Shown one piece after another: positions 21,633 through 33,000 of a DNA stretch of 64,000 nucleotides (within the stretch, counting starts at the first letter, position 1; each line of letters starts with the position of its first letter). The notes beneath the pieces were generated by a model that saw only the letters and a program-made list of their open reading frames with translations, was not told the DNA's origin and did not search any database. Made by a program: the position numbers and the translations under genes. Source of the DNA: Sedimentisphaerales bacterium (GTDB taxonomy: Bacteria > Planctomycetota > Phycisphaerae > Sedimentisphaerales > SM23-30); assembly GCA_963663965.2 (NCBI GenBank), contig CAXXFK010000007.1, forward strand, positions 15,564-79,563, given 5' to 3'.

Positions 21633-24041
21633 TTAATCTTGAGGATAAATAATCAGGCGGTCATGAACCATGACCACCAGATCGTTTTTACCATCGCCCG
21701 TCACATCGCCTATTTTTACAGATCGCGGTTCGCCACCACTGGCCGTGCGGCGATCCATCAATGACGGCTCATTTTGAGCCAGATCCGCCTCCTCGAATAC
21801 TTTCAAACGATACGCCCTGACCAAAGTGCCTTGTTCGTCGAATGTCAAAAGATCGATATGGTTGCCCGCGTGATCTACCGCGAGGATTTCCGGGTAATTA
21901 TCATTATTGACGTCACCGGTAACCACCAGGCCATATCGTGTTTTGTCTTCATCGACCGGGTCATAAGCCGCGACCTGACTGGCTAAAGCCACCTGTCCGC
22001 TCATCGGGATCTGTATTAATTTATCCGCGCCGCATAACATCAGGCTGGGCGTTCCGCCGCCGAAATTGCCGCAGACAATTTTTCGTTCCAATATGGAGCC
22101 GATTTCGATTTGCTCGCGCATCCGGTAGATACCATCCTCGTCGCCAACCAGGATCGATAATTCCCCCCGGGCGTTATCATAAGTGACAATTTCCAGTCCG
22201 GGCGTTTCGGTTATAATCTGGCATGCCAGCGCGGTGGTCAGGTTCGCGTTGTCTTGTTCGGCTTGAAACTGGTCCACCACCTGCCAGCCCTTTTCCGCAT
22301 CGAAAACGATCGCCCGCGCGAAGTTTTTCTGGGCGACCAGGCAGGCCTGCCCGCCATCGGCCCCCAGGTTTGCAACCGATACGGCTTTGGGTGCGATATC
22401 GGAAACCAATCCCGCGTTAATTCCCTTGCGCGTTTCTTCGCCCTGGGGATTGCGATACAACAACAGAGGTTTATAGGGTTGGAAAATCAGCACGTCTGTT
22501 TTGCCGTTATGGTCGATATCCACACCACACATGCCCACGGGTTTATCGCGCAACGAATTCAGCGGTATGCTTTCCTGGGCTTTTTCCTGATCGGTGCCGG
22601 GATGGCTGATGATCCCGAGGTGATAAGCTTTCTTTTCATCCCGGAATACATAAACCAGGTCCTGCCGGCCATCGCCATCGAAATCCATTGCGTCAAAGGC
22701 CTGGGGTTCGCCCGCCAGCTGTACGGTTTGTGGATAAATTAGTCGCCCATTCTCATAGTGTGTCAAACCAATCAGCTTTTCGTCATAGCTGAAAACGGCA
22801 AGCCTGTCTTTTGATTCGCCGGGTTGACGAAATGCGACCACGCCGCGCATATCGCGGAATCCGGGAAATGTTTCCGGGTCTGAAAGCCGGCCTTTGCCAT
22901 CCGCCAGGCATACCCAGAAAGTCGCCTGATCCGGACTGGTCACAATCATATCCAGCAGGCCGTCGCCGTTGATGTCGGCGGCAGCGATATCAACATTATC
23001 TTTTTTGCCGGCGGTTGGCAGTGGATAGGTAAGGACGGGCTTGGCTCGTTTTTCTTCCTGTTGTGACAGTTGATATAAAACAATCCGATGGCTCTTGGCG
23101 GCAATGGTCGTAAAGATACTTTTGACGCGATCTTTGGCGAGTGGCGCGGTCTCCATCGATAGCGCAAAGGGCATTTCAAGCCGTATTTCCGGCCCCAAAC
23201 TGCCATGGGCGGTCTGCAACCGTACGCGAACCGGATAATCTTCAACGGCGGCAGTCAGTAAAACCAGATCATCCCGTTTATCGCCATTGACATCGGCGAT
23301 ATCGACCTGACGCAGTTTGCCTGAGGCACTGTAATGCCGCACGGGTTCTGATAAACCATCCTGGCCCTGCAGCAAAACGAAAACGCTGTCCTGTGCCAGA
23401 ACGACCAGATCGTCTTTCTGATCATGGTTTAAATCCCCGCAGGCCAGGGCGGACGACGTGGGCAAGCCTTCCCGAATGTCAATTTTTCGATCAGGTTTCC
23501 ATTGGGGCGCGACAGGGTCTTTGCTGTCGGAGGGTTTGGATTGATCGGGCTTTTCCTGTAAGATCAGTCGCAAACCCTCGTCCCGGGTATACAAAGCAAA
23601 GTCTAAAATATGGTCGTTGTTGAAATCACCAACTTGTACTGATTCGACTTGCCAGTTCAGTGGGAATAATACCCGTTTAAAACGCCAGTTTTTTTCGCGT
23701 GCGAAGATATCGTTGATGTCATCTTCCTGGGGTTCCAATTCAACGGTTCCCGGATCGAAGTTTTTTTTCTGCAGCAGCAAATCCAGACGGCTATTGCGGT
23801 TGTTCAATAAGATCAGATCGTTTAAGCCGTCGTGATTGATATCGCATACGAGTGGCGGATCAATGCCCGGACCCAGTTTTAAAACTTCCATTTCTCCAAA
23901 ACCGTAATAATCTTCCCAGTTAACGTTGTCAATTGCCAGGCAGACCGTGACGCATCCAAACACGAGACAAAAAAAGCTTGTCGAAAATAACCACTTCTGC
24001 AATACAGTTTTTGACATAATACACCTCTTCCCTGTAGTCAA
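21633..24041 (-). CDS. FG-GAP/VCBS-repeat (integrin-alpha-like) protein with an N-terminal signal/anchor
   Basis: 802 aa. At least 7 Ca-binding-type repeats: DINHDGLNDL, DLNHDQKDDL, DVNGDKRDDL, DINGDGLLDM, DFDGDGRQDL, DIDHNGKTDV, DVTGDGKNDL. Confidence 0.8.
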   Translation of the reverse strand: MTTGKRCIMSKTVLQKWLFSTSFFCLVFGCVTVCLAIDNVNWEDYYGFGEMEVLKLGPGIDPPLVCDINHDGLNDLILLNNRNSRLDLLLQKKNFDPGTVELEPQEDDINDIFAREKNWRFKRVLFPLNWQVESVQVGDFNNDHILDFALYTRDEGLRLILQEKPDQSKPSDSKDPVAPQWKPDRKIDIREGLPTSSALACGDLNHDQKDDLVVLAQDSVFVLLQGQDGLSEPVRHYSASGKLRQVDIADVNGDKRDDLVLLTAAVEDYPVRVRLQTAHGSLGPEIRLEMPFALSMETAPLAKDRVKSIFTTIAAKSHRIVLYQLSQQEEKRAKPVLTYPLPTAGKKDNVDIAAADINGDGLLDMIVTSPDQATFWVCLADGKGRLSDPETFPGFRDMRGVVAFRQPGESKDRLAVFSYDEKLIGLTHYENGRLIYPQTVQLAGEPQAFDAMDFDGDGRQDLVYVFRDEKKAYHLGIISHPGTDQEKAQESIPLNSLRDKPVGMCGVDIDHNGKTDVLIFQPYKPLLLYRNPQGEETRKGINAGLVSDIAPKAVSVANLGADGGQACLVAQKNFARAIVFDAEKGWQVVDQFQAEQDNANLTTALACQIITETPGLEIVTYDNARGELSILVGDEDGIYRMREQIEIGSILERKIVCGNFGGGTPSLMLCGADKLIQIPMSGQVALASQVAAYDPVDEDKTRYGLVVTGDVNNDNYPEILAVDHAGNHIDLLTFDEQGTLVRAYRLKVFEEADLAQNEPSLMDRRTASGGEPRSVKIGDVTGDGKNDLVVMVHDRLIIYPQD

Positions 24042-24204
24042 TGCCGGGTTGTGAAGGTTACAATAATTTTACATAATTTTTACGGGCCGTCATTTTTGTC
24101 AGGCAATCCCATATTACAAATCAAATTTATTTGTTGCTATAGAATAGGGCTTGCTCTATCATTTGTAAATAGTTATATTGACAAAAAATGAAAGGGATAA
24201 GGAT

Positions 24205-25170
24205 ATGAATCCACGCATCACAGTTAAAGTTCTGGTTATTGTTGGTTGCTTTTTTTCTATCGGGTATGCGCTTGATACCGTTTCTCTCAAGGATGGATTT
24301 GAACTTAAAGGGGACATTCTTAAACAAACCGACAAACACCTGGTTATCGATATGGGCTTTGATGTCCTGTCAATACCACAAACATCGGTGATCAAAACGG
24401 TTAAAGATGATGTGGCTGCCGCCCAGGCAATCGTGTCTGAACACAAGCGGCCCGATTGGCAACTCTACCATACTGCCAGCCTTCAAACCGATACGATTGA
24501 AAAACATTCTGAAAGATCTGGCGAAGCGGTTGTTATGGTTACCAGCCCGGGTGGACAGGGATCCGGTTTTATTATTAATGAACAGGGATATCTGATTACC
24601 AACTTTCATGTGATTCGCGGAGAAACCAAACTGAAAATCACGGTTTTTTGTAAAAACAAAAATGGCTATGAGCAAAAAGTATATAAAAAAGTCAGGATCG
24701 TTGCCTTTAATCCGTTGTGGGATCTGGCTTTGCTGAAAATCGAAGAGGCGGATGCGCCGTTTAAATATGTCTGTCTGGGCGACACCGGCAAGGTGGAAGC
24801 AGGGCAGGAAGTGTTTGCGATTGGCAATCCTCTGGGCCTGACCCGTACCGTCAGCCAGGGGATCGTTTCCACGCCCAACCGCAATTATGAAAGCCAGCTT
24901 TACATACAGACCACTGCCGATATCAATCCAGGCAATTCCGGCGGGCCGTTGTTTAATATGAAAGGAGAAGTAATTGGCGTTACTTCCAGCGGCTATATTT
25001 ATCTCAGCGGCCTTAATTTTGCGATCACTTCGGATACCGTCAAAAACTTTATCAATAATCGTGACGCGTTCGCCTATGACGAACGCAATCCCAATGCCGG
25101 GTACCGATACGTTCAACCGACCGGAAGAAAAAATAAAACCAATCCTCCCGCCCCCAAGATTCCCTTTTAA
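24205..25170 (+). CDS. Secreted trypsin-like serine protease (S1C/HtrA-like catalytic domain, no PDZ)
   Basis: Catalytic triad contexts ITNFHVI (His), DLALLKI (Asp), GNSGGPL (Ser). Signal peptide after ATG 24205. Confidence 0.85.
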   Translation: MNPRITVKVLVIVGCFFSIGYALDTVSLKDGFELKGDILKQTDKHLVIDMGFDVLSIPQTSVIKTVKDDVAAAQAIVSEHKRPDWQLYHTASLQTDTIEKHSERSGEAVVMVTSPGGQGSGFIINEQGYLITNFHVIRGETKLKITVFCKNKNGYEQKVYKKVRIVAFNPLWDLALLKIEEADAPFKYVCLGDTGKVEAGQEVFAIGNPLGLTRTVSQGIVSTPNRNYESQLYIQTTADINPGNSGGPLFNMKGEVIGVTSSGYIYLSGLNFAITSDTVKNFINNRDAFAYDERNPNAGYRYVQPTGRKNKTNPPAPKIPF

Positions 25171-25242
25171 AGCGATTAATTGCTTTCAGTTGTCAACATA
25201 TTACAAGAGTGCAATAAACTCAGAAAATCGGAAAGTCCTGCC

Positions 25243-27246
25243 ATGAAGCTCAAAAACCATCTTATTGTTGTATTGATCCTGACCCTGTGTGTCATTGCCG
25301 GCGCCCAGACCGAACAGGCCGTTGAAAAGGCGCGTTGGTTTGGGCGGGATACGATTGTCTATGCCTGGGCCAATGATATTGACGCGATCGTTGCAAAAGT
25401 CCAGAAGACCTCGCTTTATGATTTTTATACCGCGCCCGAACTGCACGAATTCATGACCGGGGCCAAAGAAAAACTTCAGAAACGGTTTGATAATACTCTC
25501 AAAGATGTATGGCAGGAAATGGGCATTGAGGAGCCTCCTCAGCAATTGCCCTGGCCTCATGGCCAGATTGTCTTTGGACTGTTTTTGCAATCACGCACCG
25601 TTATGGTGCCGGACTGGTCTAAATGGCACGGACCGTCTGATGAAGAAGTTGAACTTGATATGAATTCTTTCCGGGCGCCCCTTCTCGATGAAGAGGATGA
25701 GTTTGATTTAACCGAAGAAGATTTCATGACGGATTTCGATCCGGATAAGCTTCCTAAAGTCGAACAAACAGTACCCGATTTCCAGATGGTCGCTGTGATA
25801 GAGATGGGTGAGAGTATGGCGCAGGCGCGCGAACTGTTCGGTCAATTGATTGAAAAGCTAAGCGATAAAGAAGAAATCATCCTGCAACGGGAAACCATAG
25901 AGGGTTGTGAAGCTTTTCTGCTGAAAGACCAGCCGGAAGACGATCCCGATTTTGATGTCCCGATGATAGCTTTCAGTAATGATCGCATTATCGTGGGGTC
26001 CAGTTTAAAATACCTGACCCAGGTGATCCGGGCCATGGAAGAACCCGCTGAAGACAATGTTGCCGATAATCCTCATTTCCGCCGGATTGACCGGGTGTTT
26101 GACGCTTCTGATGTTTTGGTGTTTGCCGATGTTCCCAAGATAATCCGAACCCTGAGTCAGATTACCCCGGAAGATGAGCGGGAGGCCATGCAAACGGCCA
26201 TGACTCAGTTTGGTGTGGATAATCTGGTCGGAGTCGGCCTGACAGTCCAAATGCCCGCGGACCAACCCCAGCAGATGCAATATAAGATGTTGGCCATGCT
26301 CGATGGCGAACCCCAGGGTCTTTTTAAAATCTTGGCGCCCGAAACCAGGCCGCTTCGCCTGAATCGATTTATGGCGCGCGATGTCGCCGCCTGGATGAGC
26401 GTGAACTACAATCTGGCCAAACTCTATAATGATATTACCGGCCTGGTATGGACCATGAGCAATATGGACGTCGCCACGATGCTGGAAGGCGGCCTGCTCA
26501 AAACGGGGGATCCGGCCTCCGGTGTGGCTGCGGTTAATTTGAAAAATGATATCATGGGTCAACTGGACGCGCCGGTCAGCGTGGTAATGACCATTGAAAA
26601 ACCGCTTAATATTGAAAAATCTCAAAAAGGGTTAGTGGCCATTCAAGTACGCGATTCCCAGCGGTTGGATCAGAGTCTGGCGCGGATTTACAAAACGTTT
26701 ATTGCTCCGGATGATGACGATGCGGTACAAAAGGTCAATGGCCGCAGCCTCTATACCCTGCCACTCGGCAATTTGCTAACGGCATTTGCTGTGGCGGATG
26801 ATAATTTTGTTTTTGGCGATACCAATCAGGTTCGTCAGACATTGCGGAATCTTGGGCGCGACGACATTGAAAGTGTTAGTTTGAGTCCTATGTTCCAGTA
26901 TGCCAGGCGGTTTTTGCCGGAACAGGCCGGCGCGTACTTCTACGAAGATTCCCGCAAAGGCATGGAGTTGGCCTGGCATGCCCTGAAGGAGGAAATTCTT
27001 AATCATGCCGCCAATAACAGCGCTGATGCCGACCCGGATGATGACGCGAAAATTGAGCTTAACCTGGAATTGACCAGCAATCCGGTTGAACAGATTATCA
27101 ATGAGTTCAAAGATATCGCGGCCCGTTCCAATCTGCCGGATTTCCAGGCCATCGAAAAATATTTCGGACCAACGGTCGGCTATTTCTCGGTTACCGGTGA
27201 TGGGTTCTATTTTGAAATTTCCGGCCTGCGCCCTCCCAAAGATTGA
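25243..27246 (+). CDS. Secreted acidic hypothetical protein (possibly DUF3352-like)
   Basis: I place the start at ATG 25243 (MKLKNHLIVVLILTL signal peptide, GGAAAG SD). I recognise no catalytic motif. The layout resembles the 34000-36027 product. Confidence 0.5.
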   Translation: MKLKNHLIVVLILTLCVIAGAQTEQAVEKARWFGRDTIVYAWANDIDAIVAKVQKTSLYDFYTAPELHEFMTGAKEKLQKRFDNTLKDVWQEMGIEEPPQQLPWPHGQIVFGLFLQSRTVMVPDWSKWHGPSDEEVELDMNSFRAPLLDEEDEFDLTEEDFMTDFDPDKLPKVEQTVPDFQMVAVIEMGESMAQARELFGQLIEKLSDKEEIILQRETIEGCEAFLLKDQPEDDPDFDVPMIAFSNDRIIVGSSLKYLTQVIRAMEEPAEDNVADNPHFRRIDRVFDASDVLVFADVPKIIRTLSQITPEDEREAMQTAMTQFGVDNLVGVGLTVQMPADQPQQMQYKMLAMLDGEPQGLFKILAPETRPLRLNRFMARDVAAWMSVNYNLAKLYNDITGLVWTMSNMDVATMLEGGLLKTGDPASGVAAVNLKNDIMGQLDAPVSVVMTIEKPLNIEKSQKGLVAIQVRDSQRLDQSLARIYKTFIAPDDDDAVQKVNGRSLYTLPLGNLLTAFAVADDNFVFGDTNQVRQTLRNLGRDDIESVSLSPMFQYARRFLPEQAGAYFYEDSRKGMELAWHALKEEILNHAANNSADADPDDDAKIELNLELTSNPVEQIINEFKDIAARSNLPDFQAIEKYFGPTVGYFSVTGDGFYFEISGLRPPKD

Positions 27247-27290
27247 CATCTTGACTTTTGGAAACATCGCGTAATCAATAAATATTCATG

Positions 27291-27330
27291 CGTCCCGGAC
27301 TTGTAGAATCAGCAAGCCGGGACGTTTTTA
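27291..27330 (+). terminator. Rho-independent terminator
   Basis: 11-bp stem with one bulged A (27291-27302 pairs with 27314-27324), 11-nt loop, then TTTTT. Confidence 0.85.
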
Positions 27331-27342
27331 TTGGCGGACCGT

Positions 27343-27948
27343 TTAATCGCATTGCTCCAATACCGCCCGGCACGGCGCACCTTCCAGGCCGGTCAGTTTC
27401 AGCGGCAAACACCATAACCGATAGCGGCCCTCAGTCACCCGGCTCAAATTCAAACACTCCAATAGCGCCACTTCCGCACCCAGTAATATTGTGTGACAGG
27501 CCATGTCTTCACCCATTTCAACACTCAGCCGATCGATCCCCACCAGGGTGGTTCCGATTTCCACCAAACGCCTGGCGGCCCCTGGTGTCATATCGCCAAA
27601 CGCCCGGCTCGGCTTTTGGGGATCAACCGTTTTGAACAGTATCCGTTTCGTGCCGGGAAGAACAAATTCGTCTATGATCGATTCGTTGATTTGATGGAAT
27701 TTTACCGCGTTGATTACCAGGCATTCGCCATAAAACCGATCCAGGCCCATTTGATCGATGGTTTTTCCTCCAGCGACATAATGAGCCGGGGCATCCAGAT
27801 GGGTTCCGGTATGCACCATCATCCGCAATTGGTTCAGGCAGTGATGGCTGCCCGCCTCAAACGATGCCAGGCATTCCGATTCGAAAGGCGGATCGCCTGG
27901 ATATACCGGTGTATTAGAATTCACATCGACCGAGATATCAATCAACAT
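27343..27948 (-). CDS. Cyclase-family protein (kynurenine formamidase-like metallohydrolase)
   Basis: 201 aa. The HTGTHLDAPAHY motif (HxGTHxDxPxH) is characteristic of the putative cyclase / KynB family. Confidence 0.75.
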   Translation of the reverse strand: MLIDISVDVNSNTPVYPGDPPFESECLASFEAGSHHCLNQLRMMVHTGTHLDAPAHYVAGGKTIDQMGLDRFYGECLVINAVKFHQINESIIDEFVLPGTKRILFKTVDPQKPSRAFGDMTPGAARRLVEIGTTLVGIDRLSVEMGEDMACHTILLGAEVALLECLNLSRVTEGRYRLWCLPLKLTGLEGAPCRAVLEQCD

Positions 27949-27957
27949 AAAGGCCCC

Positions 27958-28191
27958 TTATTTTTTGAAATGATTTATTAGCCATACGATTAATGTCAGG
28001 ATTGCAGATAACACCAGGCAACTTACAATCGGAAAATAGAATTTAAAATGATCGCCTTCAATCCGGATGTCACCCGGGAGCTTAAACAATCCAAGCCTGC
28101 TCAATACCAGCACAACGATTCCCACCCCCACCAATATCGATCCAAGGATAATGATCAGTTTGCCGATTTGTTCTGGTTCAAAATCGCTCAT
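27958..28191 (-). CDS. DUF2905-like small membrane protein
   Basis: 77 aa with two TM helices flanking LPGDIRIEGDHFKFYFP, as in the DUF2905 family. Confidence 0.55.
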   Translation of the reverse strand: MSDFEPEQIGKLIIILGSILVGVGIVVLVLSRLGLFKLPGDIRIEGDHFKFYFPIVSCLVLSAILTLIVWLINHFKK

Positions 28192-28331
28192 AAGTCCTTA
28201 TTATAACACTTTGTTTTCGGTATCGCAATGCGCCTTATTCCCAGCGGTTACAGCTGTCATAAATGCGCTTTTCATAGAGCGTTTTAACGTTATAATGACA
28301 TAAAATTGTATGTTTTTCCCAGGAGTTCACA

Positions 28332-29621
28332 ATGAAAGATTATTTTCGGGCCCTAATGTTAGTGTCATGCTTATTGATTTTTCAATCGCTATGTTTCATT
28401 CAACGAACGATTGCCGCGGATACGCAACCGGTTGTCAGGCAAATTACTCAAGGGCCCGGATTTTACTGGTTTGGTTACTACGATAAATGGCAGTTTGATC
28501 CGACAGATCGTTTTGTATTAGCGATGCGGGCCGATTTCGAAGGCCGCAGTCCGCGCCCGGACGATACCATTGAAATTGGCATGGTCGATCTGGGCGACAA
28601 TGACCGCTGGATCAATCTGGGCCGGTCTGGCGCCTGGAGTTGGCAGCAGGGCTGTATGCTCCAGTGGCGGCCCGGATCGATGTCTGAAGTGGTCTGGAAT
28701 GATCGTGAGGGCGATCATTTTGTCTGCCGCGTTATGGATGTATTGACGCGCGAAATCCGTACGATTCCCAATCCAATCTATGCACTGAGCCCAGATGGCA
28801 AAACCGCCGTTACGGCCGATTTTCGCCGTATTCAAGATACCCGACCCGGTTATGGGTATGCCGGCCTGTCTGATCCATATAAGTCGGAATCCGCGCCCCA
28901 ACAGTCCGGCATCTGGCGCGTTGATCTGGATACCGGGTCATCCCGGCTAATCGTATCGCTCGCCGATATTGCCGCCTTGCCCCATGAGTTTGGTGAGCCC
29001 GGTGAATTCGATAATGCCAAACACTGGTTCAATCACTTACTGTTTAATACCGATGGCACGCGTTTTGTCTTTTTACACCGCTGGAAACCTGCCGACGGCT
29101 CTAAATATCGCGGCGTTGGCGGCTTTGGCACTCGCATGCTCACCGCCAATCCGGATGGATCCGATATTCGGATCGTCGATCCTTATGGAAAAACATCTCA
29201 CTTCATCTGGCGTGATCCCAGCCATATTCTGGCCTGGGCCTGGCACCCATCGCACCAAAACGCGTTTTACCTTTATGAAGATGGATCGGAGGATGTCCAG
29301 ATTGTTGGTCAGGGTATTATGACCCTCAATGGCCATTGTACTTATCTGCCCAATACGGATAATCAATGGATTCTCAATGACACCTACCCCGACTCCAATC
29401 GTAATCAGAATGTGTATCTTTATCATATCTCCACCAATGAACGGATCTGGCTGGGCCATTTCAACTCGCCAAAATCATACCAGGGCGAATGGCGTTGTGA
29501 TACCCATCCCCGCTACAGCCATTCCGGTCGCCGGGTGTGTATTGACTCTACGCATACAAATGCCGGCCGGCAACTTTTTTTGATTGATATGGATCACATT
29601 TTCAAGGCTAAAAACCAATAG
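28332..29621 (+). CDS. Secreted TolB/PD40-like beta-propeller protein (resembles PL22 oligogalacturonide-lyase-like proteins)
   Basis: AGGAG SD and a signal peptide. Repeated SPDGKTAV / NTDGTRFVF / NPDGSDIRIV motifs. C-terminal HPRYSHSGRRVCIDS. TAG stop. Confidence 0.45.
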   Translation: MKDYFRALMLVSCLLIFQSLCFIQRTIAADTQPVVRQITQGPGFYWFGYYDKWQFDPTDRFVLAMRADFEGRSPRPDDTIEIGMVDLGDNDRWINLGRSGAWSWQQGCMLQWRPGSMSEVVWNDREGDHFVCRVMDVLTREIRTIPNPIYALSPDGKTAVTADFRRIQDTRPGYGYAGLSDPYKSESAPQQSGIWRVDLDTGSSRLIVSLADIAALPHEFGEPGEFDNAKHWFNHLLFNTDGTRFVFLHRWKPADGSKYRGVGGFGTRMLTANPDGSDIRIVDPYGKTSHFIWRDPSHILAWAWHPSHQNAFYLYEDGSEDVQIVGQGIMTLNGHCTYLPNTDNQWILNDTYPDSNRNQNVYLYHISTNERIWLGHFNSPKSYQGEWRCDTHPRYSHSGRRVCIDSTHTNAGRQLFLIDMDHIFKAKNQ

Positions 29622-30005
29622 AGGTATTCGTTTAGCACCCATTCGACGCTTAAAAATATTTTTGTTAAAATAAATAACCCACCCGCTTAAAAGTCGTGAA
29701 AAACCAGCCATGGTTTCTTCATACCCCCTCTTGTTGTTTTCAGAGATTATGCTCCTGATGCGCTTCATGGTATCAATATTTAGCATTTTAGTCTGGCACA
29801 TCTGGTCGTCTGCCACAAGAGCTTAGTACATAAGCTGTTAATTAACATGGGATTAAGAAAATTGCGGTGTCGCGGCTGAAGACGTGTGTTGAGTTCATTG
29901 ACAATCTTTGTCTGAATGGCAATTTTCTATGGAAAATTTTTCGTGCCTTTGTGTAAAATGAAATACATAGATAAATGTCATATAATCAAAAGATGAGGAA
30001 AAAAA

Positions 30006-33000
30006 ATGAAGTATCTGGGAATCCGTAAGTCAGGTAGTGTTTCAACATTATTACTATTGGGTACGTTATTGTCTGCTGCGGTTCAAGGCGCCTCCTGGCC
30101 TATGAAGCAGCGCGACATGTGTCATACCGGTCGGGCTGATTTTGTTGTACCGGATACCCGGCTTAATGGCACCTTCTTTAATTATCCAGCCTGGCAAACT
30201 CCGTCGCCAGGATCGCCCGGTGAAGGTAGCCTCGGCGCCGCGTCCATGTCGTATTTTGACGGCGCCGGTCCGGAGGGGGCTGATATCGTGATTGGCGCCT
30301 ACCACTGGCCCAAGGGTGTACAGGGAATGGATCGCCACACGGGAGCGGTTTTCTGGTATGGCAATCCTGACGGTGGAGAAAGTATCGCCGAACGAACTCC
30401 GGCGTTTTCTCCTGATGGCCAGACCATCTATGTCGTTAATGACGCCACATCAGGGCCTTTAATGGCGTTTGAAACAACGACGGGCCCATGGCCTTATCGC
30501 AGCAATAGCGGCGATAGTTTTCCTGATCATTTTGAAAAGGGTTCTCCGACCATAGGGCCGGATGGTTCCATATTTAATTTTGCCTGGGATGATCGACCCT
30601 ATGGGGCATTAGATGAAGATGGTTATCTCTATGAATTTTTTGCGGCCCAGACCGGCGTTAATTCCTGTTATAACGAGCCGTCTCTCTATCAATATGATAA
30701 TGAAACGCTTCTGGTTTATGGCACGGGGCGAGGCCATTATATCCGATGCTGGGATGCTATGGGGGGCTATCAGTGGTACGAATGTTATACCGCGGTCGAG
30801 ACTGATGCAACCATAACCATCGATCCTGCCAATGGGAACCTGTATGTCGCTGCCGGCTCTAATGATATTTATGTTATTGGCCTTGATAAAGATCTTAATC
30901 CGCTCTGGAGCGAAAGTAAAATTCTGGTTTTCGATTATGTGGCGGGCGAGAATCAGCCGCAACGCGCCCAGTCGGCCGGCTGTCTCAGTCACGATGGCGC
31001 CACTTATTATTTTCAGACGGTCGGCTCAATGGGGACCGGTTGCCTTTATGCGATCAATACGGCTGATGGCACAACCAAATGGGCGTTTCCTACCCAAAGC
31101 AAGGGTTGGGAAAATCACAGTTCATGCCCTATTATAACTTCGAATAATGTCATTGTTGTTGGCAATAATGATTCCAGTACCTATTATGCCATCCTTGACA
31201 ACGGTCAGGATGATTATACCGTACTGGACACCCTGCAAATGGCCGAAGGCGGCAACGCGCGTTCCAGCGCCACGATATCTCCTGATGGATTATTGTACCT
31301 GCCCGGAAGAACGACCTGGCTGGTTGGCAACGGCGGTGGTAAAATCCCTGACTATACCGTACAGAACTTATTTAACGCCTTTAATCTAACGGAAAATACG
31401 GAACTGACTCTCTACCCTCCCGGTGGCCAACATGTCGAAGCCGGGAACCAGAAGGTTGCGGTCAACTGGACGCCGATTCCGGATCCGGGAGAAGTATTCG
31501 GCCATTACGCGATCTATCGCGACACGGAAGCATTTACTTCTGTTGCCGGCAAAAATCCGGTGGCGATCATTCCGAATGTGAATGCGGGTCAGTGTATCGA
31601 TGGAACCGCGGTTAATGGTATTTCTTATTATTACGCCGTAACGGTGGTTTCTGGCGGTGGCGCCGAGATTACCACGATTGATTCAGTGGGGCCGGCGACC
31701 CCGTTTTATGAGTTGGATATGCAATTTGTAACGATCAGTCGCTTTCCGAAGTTCCCCCGCTATTGTCCCACTTATACCGACCGGTTCATTTCCGACCCCA
31801 ATGGATTTGGCCCCTATGGTTTTTCTTCAGCCACGGGACTTGATTGTGGTCAGAATGATGAAACGCAACACACCCCCTCACCCGGCCAGACCATGACTTA
31901 CACGGCCACTTTTCGCAACCGCGGCTCTGTTGTGGTAGACCAGGCATTTGATCTGGTCTGGAGCGTGGATGGTCAGGAAGCGCGTCGACAGACGATCAAT
32001 CGGGCCATCCAGCCCGGCCAGACGATAACAGACAATTTCCAACTGGCCTGGGATGACAATTTCCATGATATTTCTGCTGCCATTGAACTGGAAGATGATC
32101 GTACTGAAAACAATCAATTTACTTCCAATACCCTGGCGGTGGGTTTTCTAACTTATATTGACCGTTCTTTTTATAATCAATTTCGCGAGTTGTGGTCTTT
32201 ACAATATCCGGACAGACAGACCGATGACCTCATTGACTGGTTAAATAATCATATGCGCCGCTTTAATGAAATGTTTGAGACGGCAGGTTGTGACAAGCGC
32301 GTCCATTATGATGTCCTTGAATTCCTGGGCGATACGGATTTGGATCCTGCGGTTGACACCATTTACTGGGCCATCTTTCCATTTCGATATCATAAACTCG
32401 ACAACGATCCGCGCACCAGCGGTTATTACCGTTTTGCGGACGATATCGATTACGGGCTGCTGCATGAAATGGGGCATCAACTGGGTATGATAGATCTCTA
32501 TCAACTGGATGCCCCCTCAGAATGGAACGAAGTCAGCGGCATGGGGTATAACGGTCCCGACGGGCTGATGCGTGGTTGCAGTGATTTTATTTCTGAGCAT
32601 TCCGCGCATGCCATGAATTTGTGGCTGCATCAAGCCCATGGTTATTATGGTCAATATCTCTACCGGTTACCGAGAGTGATCCAGTTGCGCATTCTGGATT
32701 ATCAAGGCAAACCCCTTCCTGATGCCACGGTTCGGATGTATCAATATTGCGAACGCCCCGATATCGGCAAGCGGATAACCAATCAAATCAAGGCCCAGGG
32801 CATAACCGATTCCGAAGGTCTTTTTATGTTGCCCAATGTTGCCATCGACCCGACCAAAGTGCCACCGATTGGCACCGGCGATGTCCTAAACGATAATCCC
32901 TTCGGATACGTAGCCGTTGTCGGCACGAATGGCGTTCTGCATTTTGCGGTAGAATACAATGGCCGCATCGATTATTGCTGGCTGGATATAACTGAAGCCA

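Noticed and set aside
24370-25116. Very long antisense ORFs inside confidently called genes. Examples: 24370-25116 (248 aa, opposite the protease), 26005-26625, 7421-8041, 6614-7168, 16518-17072, 27493-27981, 54759-55313 and 57566-58144.
   Set aside because: Their translations are low-complexity (Arg/Gly/Pro/His-rich) and contain no recognisable motifs. Each lies opposite a gene with strong family signatures. Long stop-free antisense frames are expected when the sense codons TTA, CTA and TCA are rare.
29475-29816. The 113-aa minus-strand ORF spanning the end of the 28332 gene and the A/T-rich spacer, and a 38-codon hydrophobic plus-strand ORF at about 29711.
   Set aside because: The first has a GTG start without an SD and overlaps a well-supported gene by 147 nt. 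The second has no SD. Neither has a recognisable motif.
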